This document shows positions 20,801 to 29,143 of a stretch of DNA of 64,000 nt, piece after piece (the stretch's first letter is position 1; each line of letters starts with the position of its first letter). A model generated the notes under the pieces. That model was not told the origin of the DNA. It made no database searches and saw only the letters and a list, made by a program, of their open reading frames with translations. The stretch comes from a bacterium (lineage in GTDB: Bacteria > SAR324 > NAC60-12), in the NCBI GenBank assembly GCA_965209155.1, contig OZ242383.1, positions 544,001 through 608,000 on the forward strand, read 5' to 3'. The position numbers and the translations under genes were made by a program.

Positions 20801-23800
20801 TCTCTCGACCAGTGGCAGCAGACCCTCGTTCAAATCAAATCCGGCCTGGCCGGTAAAAGCGTCGAAGACGTGATGCGCTTTGAGCCGCTCACCCAACCTG
20901 ATGCCGAGGTCCTGGTCCCTATCCTCTATGAACTCCATTTGGCCTATGGCCAGGCTGGGGTTACTTTGGATGACGGTCTTTGGCAGCCCATCGCTTCAAA
21001 ACGTATCTCTTTTCTGCTCAATCATTTTCATCCGAAACATTCACCCGAATCCTATGGTTTCCTTGGAAGTATATATTGCTTGTATATGCAGGATTTTGAA
21101 TTTGGTTATGAACTCGGTCGTCTGGGCATACAGCTCATGGAAGCGATTGATCTGAAGGAAATAAACTGTAGAGTTTCCAAGGGTTTCAACGGCTATGTCC
21201 GATTCTACGGGGAGCCGCTATCGGCGTCATTGGAGCCCTTGCTGGAAGCTCATAAGATGGGAATCGAGACGGGAGATTTCTTCAATGCCGGTCGTGCAGC
21301 CGTCGTAAGATGTCAGATTGCCTTTATGTGCGGGAAGGAGCTGAACTGGCTGAAAGGGGAATTGTCAACGTTGAAACTTGCTCTCAAGAAGATCGATTAT
21401 ATTATCGGGTCTCCCCAGCTCGAAATGCTGACGAAGGCGATCATGATTCTAATGGAGGAACCTGCGAGCCTGTCGACCGCCATCATGGATCAATACCATA
21501 GGGTGACGGGTGCAGAGTACCGATATGGTGACCAGAGCAGTTTTAATTACCATAAGCTGGTGCTGCAAACCCTGTTCGAAGAATACGAAGCAGCCCGTGA
21601 GACGGTTTTTGAATTGATCAGCCTGATGAAAACCTATAAGGATCCCCTTATTGATCCCCTGGCCAACTGCTACCAATCCCTCGCTCTCCTGGCGGTCTGC
21701 GGCCAGGTGCCTGACGGGGAAAAAGAGGAGATCCTCACCCAGGTTCATGACAATCAGGATATGTTGGAAAAATTGGCGCGCTGCGCACCGTCTAATTATT
21801 TGCATAAGTATCATCTGGTGGAAGCCGAACGGATGAGGGTTTTGGAGGGTCAAAGCGACGCGATCCTATCTCATTATGACCAGTCCATCGCTTTGGCCAG
21901 AGAGAGCGAATTTATCCACGAGGAAGCCCTGGCCAATGAACTGGCAGCCAGGTACTTGCTCAACCAGGGGCAAAATGACGCCGCCAGGTCTTACCTGCGC
22001 TCAGCAATGGAGAAGTACGAAGCCTGGGGGGCAAAACGGAAGGTCGCGCATCTGAAGTCTCGATATCCCGGGTTGATTGCCGATGATCACACTGAAACGG
22101 TGGCGTCTCCTTCGGCCAACCTGGATCTGGTGACGATGCTCAAAGCCTCGGAGGCCATCTCCAGTACCATCGAGTTGGAACCGCTGCTGGAGATCCTGCT
22201 CCGCATTCTCATGGAAAATGCCGGGGCCCAGACAGCAACCCTGATTCTGGAAACCGAAGGTCAGTCTCTCATTGCTGCCCGCGGGAGCACCGAGCAGGTC
22301 GAATGTTTTCTACCGCTTTCCCTGCCTGTGGAAAAGGCTGGATCCCTCTCCCTCTCGGTCATCTCTTGGGTGAAACAAACCCGGGAGCATCTGGTTTTAG
22401 ACAACGCCGCCCGGGAGGAACGGTTTGTCTATGATGATAATATTCAGAGGGAACGTCCTAAATCAATCCTGTGCGCACCGATCACTCACAAGTCATCTTT
22501 GAGCGGCATAATTTACCTGGAAAATAACCTGGTTGAGGGAGCCTTCACCTCCCGGCGATTCGAGGTGATCAAACACCTCACCTCCCAGATCGCCATTTCT
22601 CTGGAAAATGCCAGGCTTCACGAAAACCTCAAACGAACCGAAGCGGAATACCGGGGAATATTTGAAAATGCCACCGAAGGCATCTACCGGACGAGCCAGG
22701 ACGGCCGCTTTCTGAGCGCCAATCCAGCGATGGCCCGGTTATTCGGGTACTCTTCCCCGGATGAGCTGATGGCATCCATCACCGACGTCGGGCACCAGCT
22801 TTATGTGAATCCGGAGCGGCGTCATCAGTTCCTGGATCTCATCCGGCAACGACGCCCCGTTTCGGATTTTGAGGTAGAATTTTTCCGTAAAGACGGCAGC
22901 ACCTTCTGGGCTTCCCTGCACGCCCGCCCAGTCTATGATGAGACCGATGCCTTGCGCTTCATCGAAGGGATTATTTCCGACATAACGGAGCAGAAAAACC
23001 GGATGGAAGCCCTGAATGAAGAAAATGTCCGCCTGAAGGCCAACATTAAGGAACGTTATCGCTTCGGAAAGATCATCGGTAAAAGCCCCGTGATGCAGGA
23101 GATTTATGAATTGATCTTAAAGGCGGCGGCTAGCGATGCGGGTGTCATTGTATACGGTGAATCAGGCACCGGTAAAGAACTGGTGGCCGAAGCCATCCAT
23201 AAGATGAGTGATAGAAAAGAAAAACCCTTTGTGACCATCAACCTCGGTGCCGTTCCGGAAACCCTCTTGGAAAGCGAGTTTTTCGGCTACAAAAAAGGGG
23301 CCTTTACCGGAGCCAATGCGGATAAGCGCGGCCTGCTCCAACAGGCAGACAAAGGCACGCTTTTCCTGGATGAATTGGGTGAAATCGGCCCCAATCTGCA
23401 AGCTAAACTGCTGCGTGCTATTGAGGGCGGAGGGTTCACGCCAGTAGGCGGACTTGAAGCGGAAACCTCCGATTTTCGCGTCGTTGCCGCCACCAATAAA
23501 GATTTAAAACAACAGGTGAAAAAGGGATTGATGCGGGAGGATTTCCTCTACCGCATCCACATTATCCCTATTCACTTGCCGCCTCTCCGGGAACGTAAAG
23601 AGGATATCCCCCTTTTGATCGAGCATTTTATGCAAAACCACCCTTCCTCAAAGAACCTGCCCAAAATCACCCTCCGTGTCATGGAAGCTCTGACCTCCTA
23701 TGATTGGCCGGGAAACGTCAGGGAACTGATCAACACCCTGTATCGCTATGTCACTCTGGGAGAGGTTGATTTTCTGGGGGAACGGATAAATTCCAAAATC

Positions 23801-24004
23801 AGCGAAACTTCAAATTTCGGAGATACCATCAACCCCAGGAAAATGGCGCTGGATCAGGCCATCGCGGATAGTGAAAAAGCGGCGATTCTCAATGCTCTGA
23901 AAAATTTTGAGGGCCACAAGGTAAAAACCGCTGCCGCCCTGGGAATCTCCCGGGCCACCCTCTTCAACAAAATGAAAAAGTACGGAATTCGGACCAGCAC
24001 CTGA
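17855..24004 (+). CDS. 2049-aa multidomain sigma54-dependent activator: integrase arm-type DNA-binding domain, pseudokinase, STAND/AAA ATPase, helical repeats, GAF, PAS, sigma54 AAA+, Fis HTH
   Basis: LWDTELPMFG...YRIKG...TIGTHG..TAKEAR...GRDP; YISPEQTGRMN; GSAGVGKT / FLDDLQW; FLHDRVQQAAY; IYLENN; IFENATEGIY; GESGTGKE, GAFTGA, FLDE, WPGNVREL; ALGISRATLFNKM. Confidence 0.9.
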   Translation: MKGKISKHSVENLSCERKDRFLWDTELPMFGCKITPKGRRVYLLQYRIKGRLRRYTIGTHGILTAKEARHIARNLLHEVVLGRDPADTKNKKGDQNDKLSPGPPKTVVNNTKLVSSGENAEIPGYSLEEVIFESGRTWLWRGKRQSDGLWVLIKGAASSEQSAQELAEIRHEHEITQALKIDGVLRSEEVVQYENGSVLILENTEGLPLRKLMDAARLDLLDSLKVALSLIGILKEVHQQGLLHKMINPLNIFVDPGSGNIKLSGFGLATRLPRENLTTLSPQLSGETLPYISPEQTGRMNRVLDYRSDFYSLGATLYELFTGRVPFGSRETMEIIHAHIARQPVPLDQMAPQVPKPLSNMVMKLMAKRAEARYQSHSGLSADLLACLDQLENQGSLSDFPLGRQDVPKELQIAPGLYGREDEITDLEAALERVSQGATEMVLISGSAGVGKTALVGEIHRSIAQKNGYLISGKFDQLRHNIPYSALIQALRGLIREVSVEEKSGMERWKSRIRAALGPNGQLMARVIPELEQVIGPQPPLPEMGALESQNRFTAVLLDFISVFCEKTHPLVIFLDDLQWVDADTLKLVERIAQHPERKPLLFLGAYRENEVEADHPLSISCEVIKKSGQPLQTILLKPLNSENILQLLVHTCHCRPEEAKQLAEVLVRKTGGNPFFVSQFLTVLSEKELIRYSPEEKRWTWELAAIEFLAVTENVVDLLVDRLHRFSFETRRLLSLAACIGNIFDLESLELISGAGSGELYENLLPALETGLILGFSRAPQLDNPPAGASMEGGSYSFLHDRVQQAAYALIAEKKRKPVHLQIGQTLLKQYVPGKSDALLFDIVHHLNLARRVKDKWKDRLNLAELNLEAGRQARAASAFEQALEYFTLGLELSGAAAWKRQYPLTLSLHEEATEMSWLCGRFELMEKLAGAVKDNAREDPDLATVYQCRIKNYTTQGELKKALKTGEEILEKLGCNLNRLSLDQWQQTLVQIKSGLAGKSVEDVMRFEPLTQPDAEVLVPILYELHLAYGQAGVTLDDGLWQPIASKRISFLLNHFHPKHSPESYGFLGSIYCLYMQDFEFGYELGRLGIQLMEAIDLKEINCRVSKGFNGYVRFYGEPLSASLEPLLEAHKMGIETGDFFNAGRAAVVRCQIAFMCGKELNWLKGELSTLKLALKKIDYIIGSPQLEMLTKAIMILMEEPASLSTAIMDQYHRVTGAEYRYGDQSSFNYHKLVLQTLFEEYEAARETVFELISLMKTYKDPLIDPLANCYQSLALLAVCGQVPDGEKEEILTQVHDNQDMLEKLARCAPSNYLHKYHLVEAERMRVLEGQSDAILSHYDQSIALARESEFIHEEALANELAARYLLNQGQNDAARSYLRSAMEKYEAWGAKRKVAHLKSRYPGLIADDHTETVASPSANLDLVTMLKASEAISSTIELEPLLEILLRILMENAGAQTATLILETEGQSLIAARGSTEQVECFLPLSLPVEKAGSLSLSVISWVKQTREHLVLDNAAREERFVYDDNIQRERPKSILCAPITHKSSLSGIIYLENNLVEGAFTSRRFEVIKHLTSQIAISLENARLHENLKRTEAEYRGIFENATEGIYRTSQDGRFLSANPAMARLFGYSSPDELMASITDVGHQLYVNPERRHQFLDLIRQRRPVSDFEVEFFRKDGSTFWASLHARPVYDETDALRFIEGIISDITEQKNRMEALNEENVRLKANIKERYRFGKIIGKSPVMQEIYELILKAAASDAGVIVYGESGTGKELVAEAIHKMSDRKEKPFVTINLGAVPETLLESEFFGYKKGAFTGANADKRGLLQQADKGTLFLDELGEIGPNLQAKLLRAIEGGGFTPVGGLEAETSDFRVVAATNKDLKQQVKKGLMREDFLYRIHIIPIHLPPLRERKEDIPLLIEHFMQNHPSSKNLPKITLRVMEALTSYDWPGNVRELINTLYRYVTLGEVDFLGERINSKISETSNFGDTINPRKMALDQAIADSEKAAILNALKNFEGHKVKTAAALGISRATLFNKMKKYGIRTST

Positions 24005-24011
24005 ATGGAAC

Positions 24012-24277
24012 TCATCCAGAAACGAAAAGTTCTTTCATCGCGCTGGTTGGAGGAGGAGAGGTTTTCATTGTTTGTAGCAGCTTTTCTCCAGACGCTTTAG
24101 AGACCACGATTTTCGGAGAAACGATCAAATCTTCCGGAATTTCCTGAGGGCTTGTAAATGATGAAGAAGGGCACTCTCTATAAAAAACCCTTTCTTGACT
24201 CCGTAGGCATTGACGTAGGCTTCTGCCCTTTTTTTGGTTTCTTCTGAAATATGGGCTGATATTTGGGGATTGGACAT
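24012..24277 (-). pseudogene. Frameshifted RHH-type antitoxin-like gene
   Basis: RBS AGGAG. Adding two single bases restores MSNPQISAHISEE.KKRAEAYVNAYGVKKGFFIESALLHHLQALR.IPEDLIVSPKIVV...PTSAMKELFVSG*. Confidence 0.55.
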
Positions 24278-24370
24278 AGCATCTCCTGTTGTGAGGTTTC
24301 TACAAAAATGTAGAGTTATTTATATTTTTTGTCAAGCGCAATGTGTCCATAAATAATAGAGTTAAAAAGT

Positions 24371-24478
24371 GTCAAAAATTTTAGACTTAAGTATAAAAAT
24401 TTAGATTTTAGTCTATAAACCTTGAATATCAATGATTTAACCATGATTTCCGATCGAGTTAAGTCAAAATTTTTAGAC
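24371..24478. promoter_or_regulatory. Candidate enhancer (UAS) repeats and IHF site of module 1
   Basis: Near-palindromes GTCAAAAATTTTAGAC (24371-24386) and GTCAAAATTTTTAGAC (24463-24478), degenerate copy at 24391-24406; TATCAATGATTTA (24427-24439) fits the IHF consensus WATCAANNNNTTR. Confidence 0.6.
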
Positions 24479-24555
24479 ACTTGCTTCGCATACCCAACCC
24501 TCCCCTTTTTAAAATTAGTTAATAATTACAGTAAGTTAACTGAATAGCCTCAAAT

Positions 24556-24572
24556 TTGGCACACAGCTTGAA
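24556..24572 (+). promoter_or_regulatory. Sigma54 -24/-12-like promoter, module 1 (GA variant at -12)
   Basis: TTGGCACACAGCTTGAA (GG-N10-GA), 80 bp from the UAS-like palindrome and upstream of a co-oriented operon. Confidence 0.55.
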
Positions 24573-24675
24573 GAAGATGAACATAAAGTTTCTGGGATGC
24601 TGTATCCCTAAGCTGATTGTCCATCCATCCCCTTCCGAAGCAGTGGATGGGGAAAATTTTTCATTTTATCTGATG

Positions 24676-24951
24676 AAACCACGTCCTTTGGGCGGGGATC
24701 CGAATGCGGCCCAGCCCAGTTGTGGTCAGAGACAATCGGCTTTGCCAGAAACGTGCACGTGTTCGTAATCGTGCTTGTGCACGTGCTCGACAGAAACGTT
24801 CCCGATTCCTTTGAGAGGGGTTTCCGAATAGAAGAGACGCCAGGGAATTTAGGGTTCTCTGAGATGCCGTTTCGTTCACGAGCACGGCTCACGAGTACGA
24901 TCACGAACCACCCTTTCTAGGGGCCTATCAAAACCACCTTCTCAGGTGGAC
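24676..24951 (+). mobile_element. Non-autonomous element with IS200/IS605-like terminal hairpins and a GTGCTC core, copy A
   Basis: AAACCACGTCCTTTGGGCGGGGATC...ATCAAAACCACC; diverged inverted copy at 46761-47047. Confidence 0.55.
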
Positions 24952-25064
24952 GGCTAGTCAAGGTGGATTCTTTAATCACTGTCTTATCAGGAGAAGCCTA
25001 TGGGGAAATCATGTTAGCAGAGAAAGAATGTTTATTCCTTCAATCTCAAAAAACTAGATTTGGG

Positions 25065-25161
25065 AGATAAATATGAAATCAATCGTATTTGGAGAAATTA
25101 TTATGAAAAAGATAAATATGAAATCAATCGTATTTGGAGAAATTATTATGAAAAAGATAAA
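25065..25161 (+). repeat. 45-bp tandem duplication of the RBS/start region
   Basis: AGATAAATATGAAATCAATCGTATTTGGAGAAATTATTATGAAAA present twice plus a partial third unit. Confidence 0.9.
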
Positions 25162-26545
25162 AATGAAAAAAAGGTTCGGGTTTATAGGGACTTTGATGGT
25201 CGCTATCTTCGCCCTGACGGGTGTCGCGCATGCGGATGGCCACCTCAAATTCCCGATTGGCGAAGGCGGGTTCAACTGGGACAGCTACCACGCCTTTGCG
25301 AAGGAGCACGACTATACTGGACAGCAACTCACGATGACCACAAGGGTGACAGGTTCCGGCGAGGTACTCATAAATAATATGATGGCCTATTTCAATGAAG
25401 CGACCGGTGCCAAGGCCAAACACGTCGGCTCGCAGACCTACAAGCAAGATGTGGTGGCTAACCTCGAAGGAGGAACACCACCGGAAATCACCGGAATCCA
25501 GCTGCCAGGTTTTGGCCAGGACTTGGCCAGGCGCGGTTTCTTTACCCCTCTTTGTGAAGATCCGAACGACTGCGAGTTGGCCGACTGGATTCGCGACAAC
25601 TACGCCTCTGGCGAGTCCTGGGTTGACTTAGGCATTTGGGAAGGTCCGGACGGGAAGAAGCATTTTTACGGTTTCCATTACTACACCTACATAAAGTCGA
25701 TGGTCTGGTACGTCCCCGAGAACTTCGAGGACGCGGGCTACAAAGTCCCGCAGACCATGGCAGAACTGAAGACGCTGGAAAATCGGATCGTTGCCGACGG
25801 TGAGACCCCGTGGTGCCATGGTCTGTTTGCTGAGGGTTCGACGGGTTTTACGGGAGGGGACATGATGGAGGAGTTTTTGCTGCGCAGAGAGCCCATTGAA
25901 GTGTACGACAAGTTATACGCCAACGAAATTCAACTTGATGACCCCCGAATCGTTGCCGCACTCCAGGAATTGGGCGAAATTATCCTCAGCGAAACAAAAG
26001 TTGACGGTGGCCCGAGTGCTGTGGCCAACCTCGATTGGCGAACAGCAGCGGTGGGTATCTTCAGCAACCCGCCGAAGTGCTACATGTACCATCAGGGATC
26101 GTACGTTACGTCGTATTTACCAGAAACTAAAAAATTCGGCGAATGGGACTTCTTCTACTTTCCGCCCCGAACCAACAGGCCGGATCTTGCCAAATCCCCA
26201 GTGGCTGGTGGAGGTGCCTTTATGACCATCAGCAAAGACACCCCAGTAGCCCGTGGGTTTATCGAATGGCTAAAGACGCCGATTGCGCACGAGCTATGGA
26301 TGGCTCAGGGCGGCTTCCTGACGCCGCACAAGCACGTCAACACGGAGGTTTTCGTAGACGCGGCGACTGCCAAGATGAATGAGATTCTCATGAACGGGGA
26401 CCCATTCCGGTTCGACCCAGGCGACGTGTTTCCCGCCGCCGTTGGCGGCGTGTGCTGGAACCGGATGATGGTGGATTTTGTCGGTGGCAAGCCTGCCAAA
26501 GAGGTGTTACGCGGCTGCCAAGAGGTCTGGGACAATCTCAAGTAG
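25148..26545 (+). CDS. Sugar ABC transporter substrate-binding protein (AglE-like)
   Basis: Signal peptide ending AHA-D; KSMVWYVPENFEDAGY, TPWCHG, CYMYHQGS; start uncertain because of the duplicated leader. Confidence 0.85.
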   Translation: MKKIKMKKRFGFIGTLMVAIFALTGVAHADGHLKFPIGEGGFNWDSYHAFAKEHDYTGQQLTMTTRVTGSGEVLINNMMAYFNEATGAKAKHVGSQTYKQDVVANLEGGTPPEITGIQLPGFGQDLARRGFFTPLCEDPNDCELADWIRDNYASGESWVDLGIWEGPDGKKHFYGFHYYTYIKSMVWYVPENFEDAGYKVPQTMAELKTLENRIVADGETPWCHGLFAEGSTGFTGGDMMEEFLLRREPIEVYDKLYANEIQLDDPRIVAALQELGEIILSETKVDGGPSAVANLDWRTAAVGIFSNPPKCYMYHQGSYVTSYLPETKKFGEWDFFYFPPRTNRPDLAKSPVAGGGAFMTISKDTPVARGFIEWLKTPIAHELWMAQGGFLTPHKHVNTEVFVDAATAKMNEILMNGDPFRFDPGDVFPAAVGGVCWNRMMVDFVGGKPAKEVLRGCQEVWDNLK

Positions 26546-26658
26546 TATGGCAAAAGATTGCACCATCCTCATCGGCACCGTCGGCCAAGGGCTGAACGTG
26601 AGTGCCGATGGTGGTGCATCTGGACCAACATCGACAACATTTAGGGCAGAGCGCGGAC

Positions 26659-27870
26659 ATGAACGCAGTAATCCAGGGTCTCATCATCATCATCATCGGT
26701 ATCGGCGGTTGCTTCGGTTACTTCTACCTCTCCAATCTGTTGCTCGAGAAAGTCCTATTCCCGCCGCGCGGCGAGAACGCCGGACGCAACATCAATCGCG
26801 CCAACATGATCCGGCCGTGGTTGTTCAGCTTCCCGGTCATTTTCATGATGGGGGTCTACATTGTCTACCCGATTTTCGAAACACTGCGCTTGTCGCTCAC
26901 TGACCGCGATTTAGGCGATGCGTTTGTCGGTCTTGCGAACTATCAGCAGTTGTTCAACGATACGAAATTCTGGGAAGCGATGCGCAACAACCTGTTGTGG
27001 CTGATCGTCGTACCCGCAACGTGTACGGCGTTTGGTCTCCTGATCGCCGAACTGACGGACCGCATTGCCTGGGGCAACATCGCCAAGTCGATCTTCTTCA
27101 TGCCCATGGCGATCTCGTTTGTCGGCGCCTCGGTGGTCTTCATGCTGTTGTATGATATCCGCCCCGTGGCCGGGGTTCTGAACGCGGTCTGGATGCAGTT
27201 CGAAGGCGGGGTCGGCTCGTTTCTTTTCCTGCGGATATTCCCAGCCATCATCCTGTTGGGCTTCGCTGCGGTGGCGGCGTATGTCTGTTATCTGTTCCTG
27301 CGCCCCTTCTTCATTCCGGAGGAACGAAAGGGCGGAATCGTCACGGCTGCTCTGCGAGCAGTTGCCGGCGCGGCTGCAGTCTATCTTGCCGTCCTGGCGC
27401 TTCTGAACGTGATCGACGTGTTCACGATCACCCTGCCTTACGGCAAATCCCAGGGCTGGAAGACGATACCGTTCTGGAACAATTTCTTCCTGATGGCCGC
27501 GATGATCTGGTCCCAGACCGGCTTAGCCATGGTGTTCCTGTCGGCGGCGCTGCGCGGCATTCCGCAGGAAACGGTTGAGTCCGCCATCATCGACGGTGCG
27601 AAGCCGTTCCAGTTATTTTTCCGTATCAAGGTCCCGCAAATCGTCGGCACAATCGTCGTGGTGTGGACCATCATCACGGTGATGGTGTTGAGGATATTCG
27701 ACATTATCTATACGTTGACCTTCAGTAATTGGAATACGGCGATCCTGGCAAATTACTTGTACCGCAAGCTGTTCAACGACCTCGACTGGAACGTCGGGTC
27801 GGCATCTGTGATCATCCTCGTGCTGCTAGTGTCGCCGATTATGATCTATAATGTGTACAAAGCCCGCTAA
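26659..27870 (+). CDS. Sugar ABC transporter permease (AglF-like)
   Basis: FVGLANY, FFMPMAISFVGAS, EAA-like loop ESAIIDGA. Confidence 0.9.
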   Translation: MNAVIQGLIIIIIGIGGCFGYFYLSNLLLEKVLFPPRGENAGRNINRANMIRPWLFSFPVIFMMGVYIVYPIFETLRLSLTDRDLGDAFVGLANYQQLFNDTKFWEAMRNNLLWLIVVPATCTAFGLLIAELTDRIAWGNIAKSIFFMPMAISFVGASVVFMLLYDIRPVAGVLNAVWMQFEGGVGSFLFLRIFPAIILLGFAAVAAYVCYLFLRPFFIPEERKGGIVTAALRAVAGAAAVYLAVLALLNVIDVFTITLPYGKSQGWKTIPFWNNFFLMAAMIWSQTGLAMVFLSAALRGIPQETVESAIIDGAKPFQLFFRIKVPQIVGTIVVVWTIITVMVLRIFDIIYTLTFSNWNTAILANYLYRKLFNDLDWNVGSASVIILVLLVSPIMIYNVYKAR

Positions 27871-27889
27871 GAAATAGGGAGGATTGACC

Positions 27890-29047
27890 ATGGACGGAAT
27901 AGTAGAAACCAAATCATCGCTCAAAAAATGGGTCGTGCGCATCACGGTCGCTTTGCTGCTCGCCGTGTGGTTGACTCCGTCGCTGGGTCTGTTCGTCTCT
28001 TCGTTCCGAACCAGACTCGATATTCAACAATCAGGATGGTGGACAGCGTTCTTTACAACCGAGAAGAACGAAGTTCTCCGGGCCGCCGATCCAGACGACT
28101 TTCGCCTGGCTGACGGTGACGTCTTTACGGTCTCGGGCAATCTGTTCGGCGAGGCGTCCTCGAAGGAGATTACCCTCTGGGGCACCAAGCGGCAATCGAG
28201 TGATGCCTATGTTCCCGGCGACGTGGCCGACATGGGAGACGGCGAAAGCATCACTGTTCAGGCCAACGGTGACTACGTCTGGCGCGGCAACGACGATCAG
28301 TTGAGCGGTCGCGGACAACGCGTATTCGCCACGGTAAGAGCGCCACCCGAATTTACACTCCAAAATTACCACTGGATGCTGTTCGATAAGACGAACCCCC
28401 ATAGTTTGTGGCAGGCCCTTCTCAACACGCTGATCATGGCAATTCCGTCGACGATTATCCCAATCACGATGGCGGCATTTGCCGCCTACGCGCTTGCCTG
28501 GATGAATTTCCGAGGCCGTGGATTGTTGATCGCGGCGGTCGTCGCGGGCCTTGCCGTGCCGCCCAACATTGCCTTGATCCCCATTCTGAATCTGCATATT
28601 GACATCGGTATCGGCAAGAGCTTTCTGGGCATGTGGCTCGCCCATTCCGCGTTCACACTGCCGTTCGCCCTCTTTCTTTTGCGCAACTACATGGCCGGCA
28701 TACCGCGCGAAATTGTCGAAAACGCCAAGCTCGACGGTGCGACTGATTTCCAGATTTTTATCAGGATCATTCTGCCGCTCAGCATTCCGGCGCTCGCCTC
28801 GTACGCGATCATCCAGTTTCTGTTGGTGTTTAACGATCTCCTGGGGCCCAAGGTGTTTCTGATCGACAACTCCGGTGCCCGCGACATCATCACAAATGCC
28901 ATTACCAGAATGTTGGGGCCCTACGCCGGCAACTGGGATATCATTTCGGCGGGGGCCTTCATTTCCATGGCGGTGCCGTTGGCGGTCTTCTTCGCCATGC
29001 AACGATATTTCGCGCGCGGCTTGTTGGCCGGATCGATCAAAGGGTGA
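27890..29047 (+). CDS. Sugar ABC transporter permease (AglG-like)
   Basis: LFVSSFR, ENAKLDGA, QRYFARGLLAGSIKG. Confidence 0.9.
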   Translation: MDGIVETKSSLKKWVVRITVALLLAVWLTPSLGLFVSSFRTRLDIQQSGWWTAFFTTEKNEVLRAADPDDFRLADGDVFTVSGNLFGEASSKEITLWGTKRQSSDAYVPGDVADMGDGESITVQANGDYVWRGNDDQLSGRGQRVFATVRAPPEFTLQNYHWMLFDKTNPHSLWQALLNTLIMAIPSTIIPITMAAFAAYALAWMNFRGRGLLIAAVVAGLAVPPNIALIPILNLHIDIGIGKSFLGMWLAHSAFTLPFALFLLRNYMAGIPREIVENAKLDGATDFQIFIRIILPLSIPALASYAIIQFLLVFNDLLGPKVFLIDNSGARDIITNAITRMLGPYAGNWDIISAGAFISMAVPLAVFFAMQRYFARGLLAGSIKG

Positions 29048-29143
29048 CCGGTCGAAGAATTGAGAATAGGGCGTTGCGACACGTGGCGTCCACGAACCGG
29101 GTCCGGCAGACGCGCCGGACTGTAAACAGACAGGGAGGGACCA

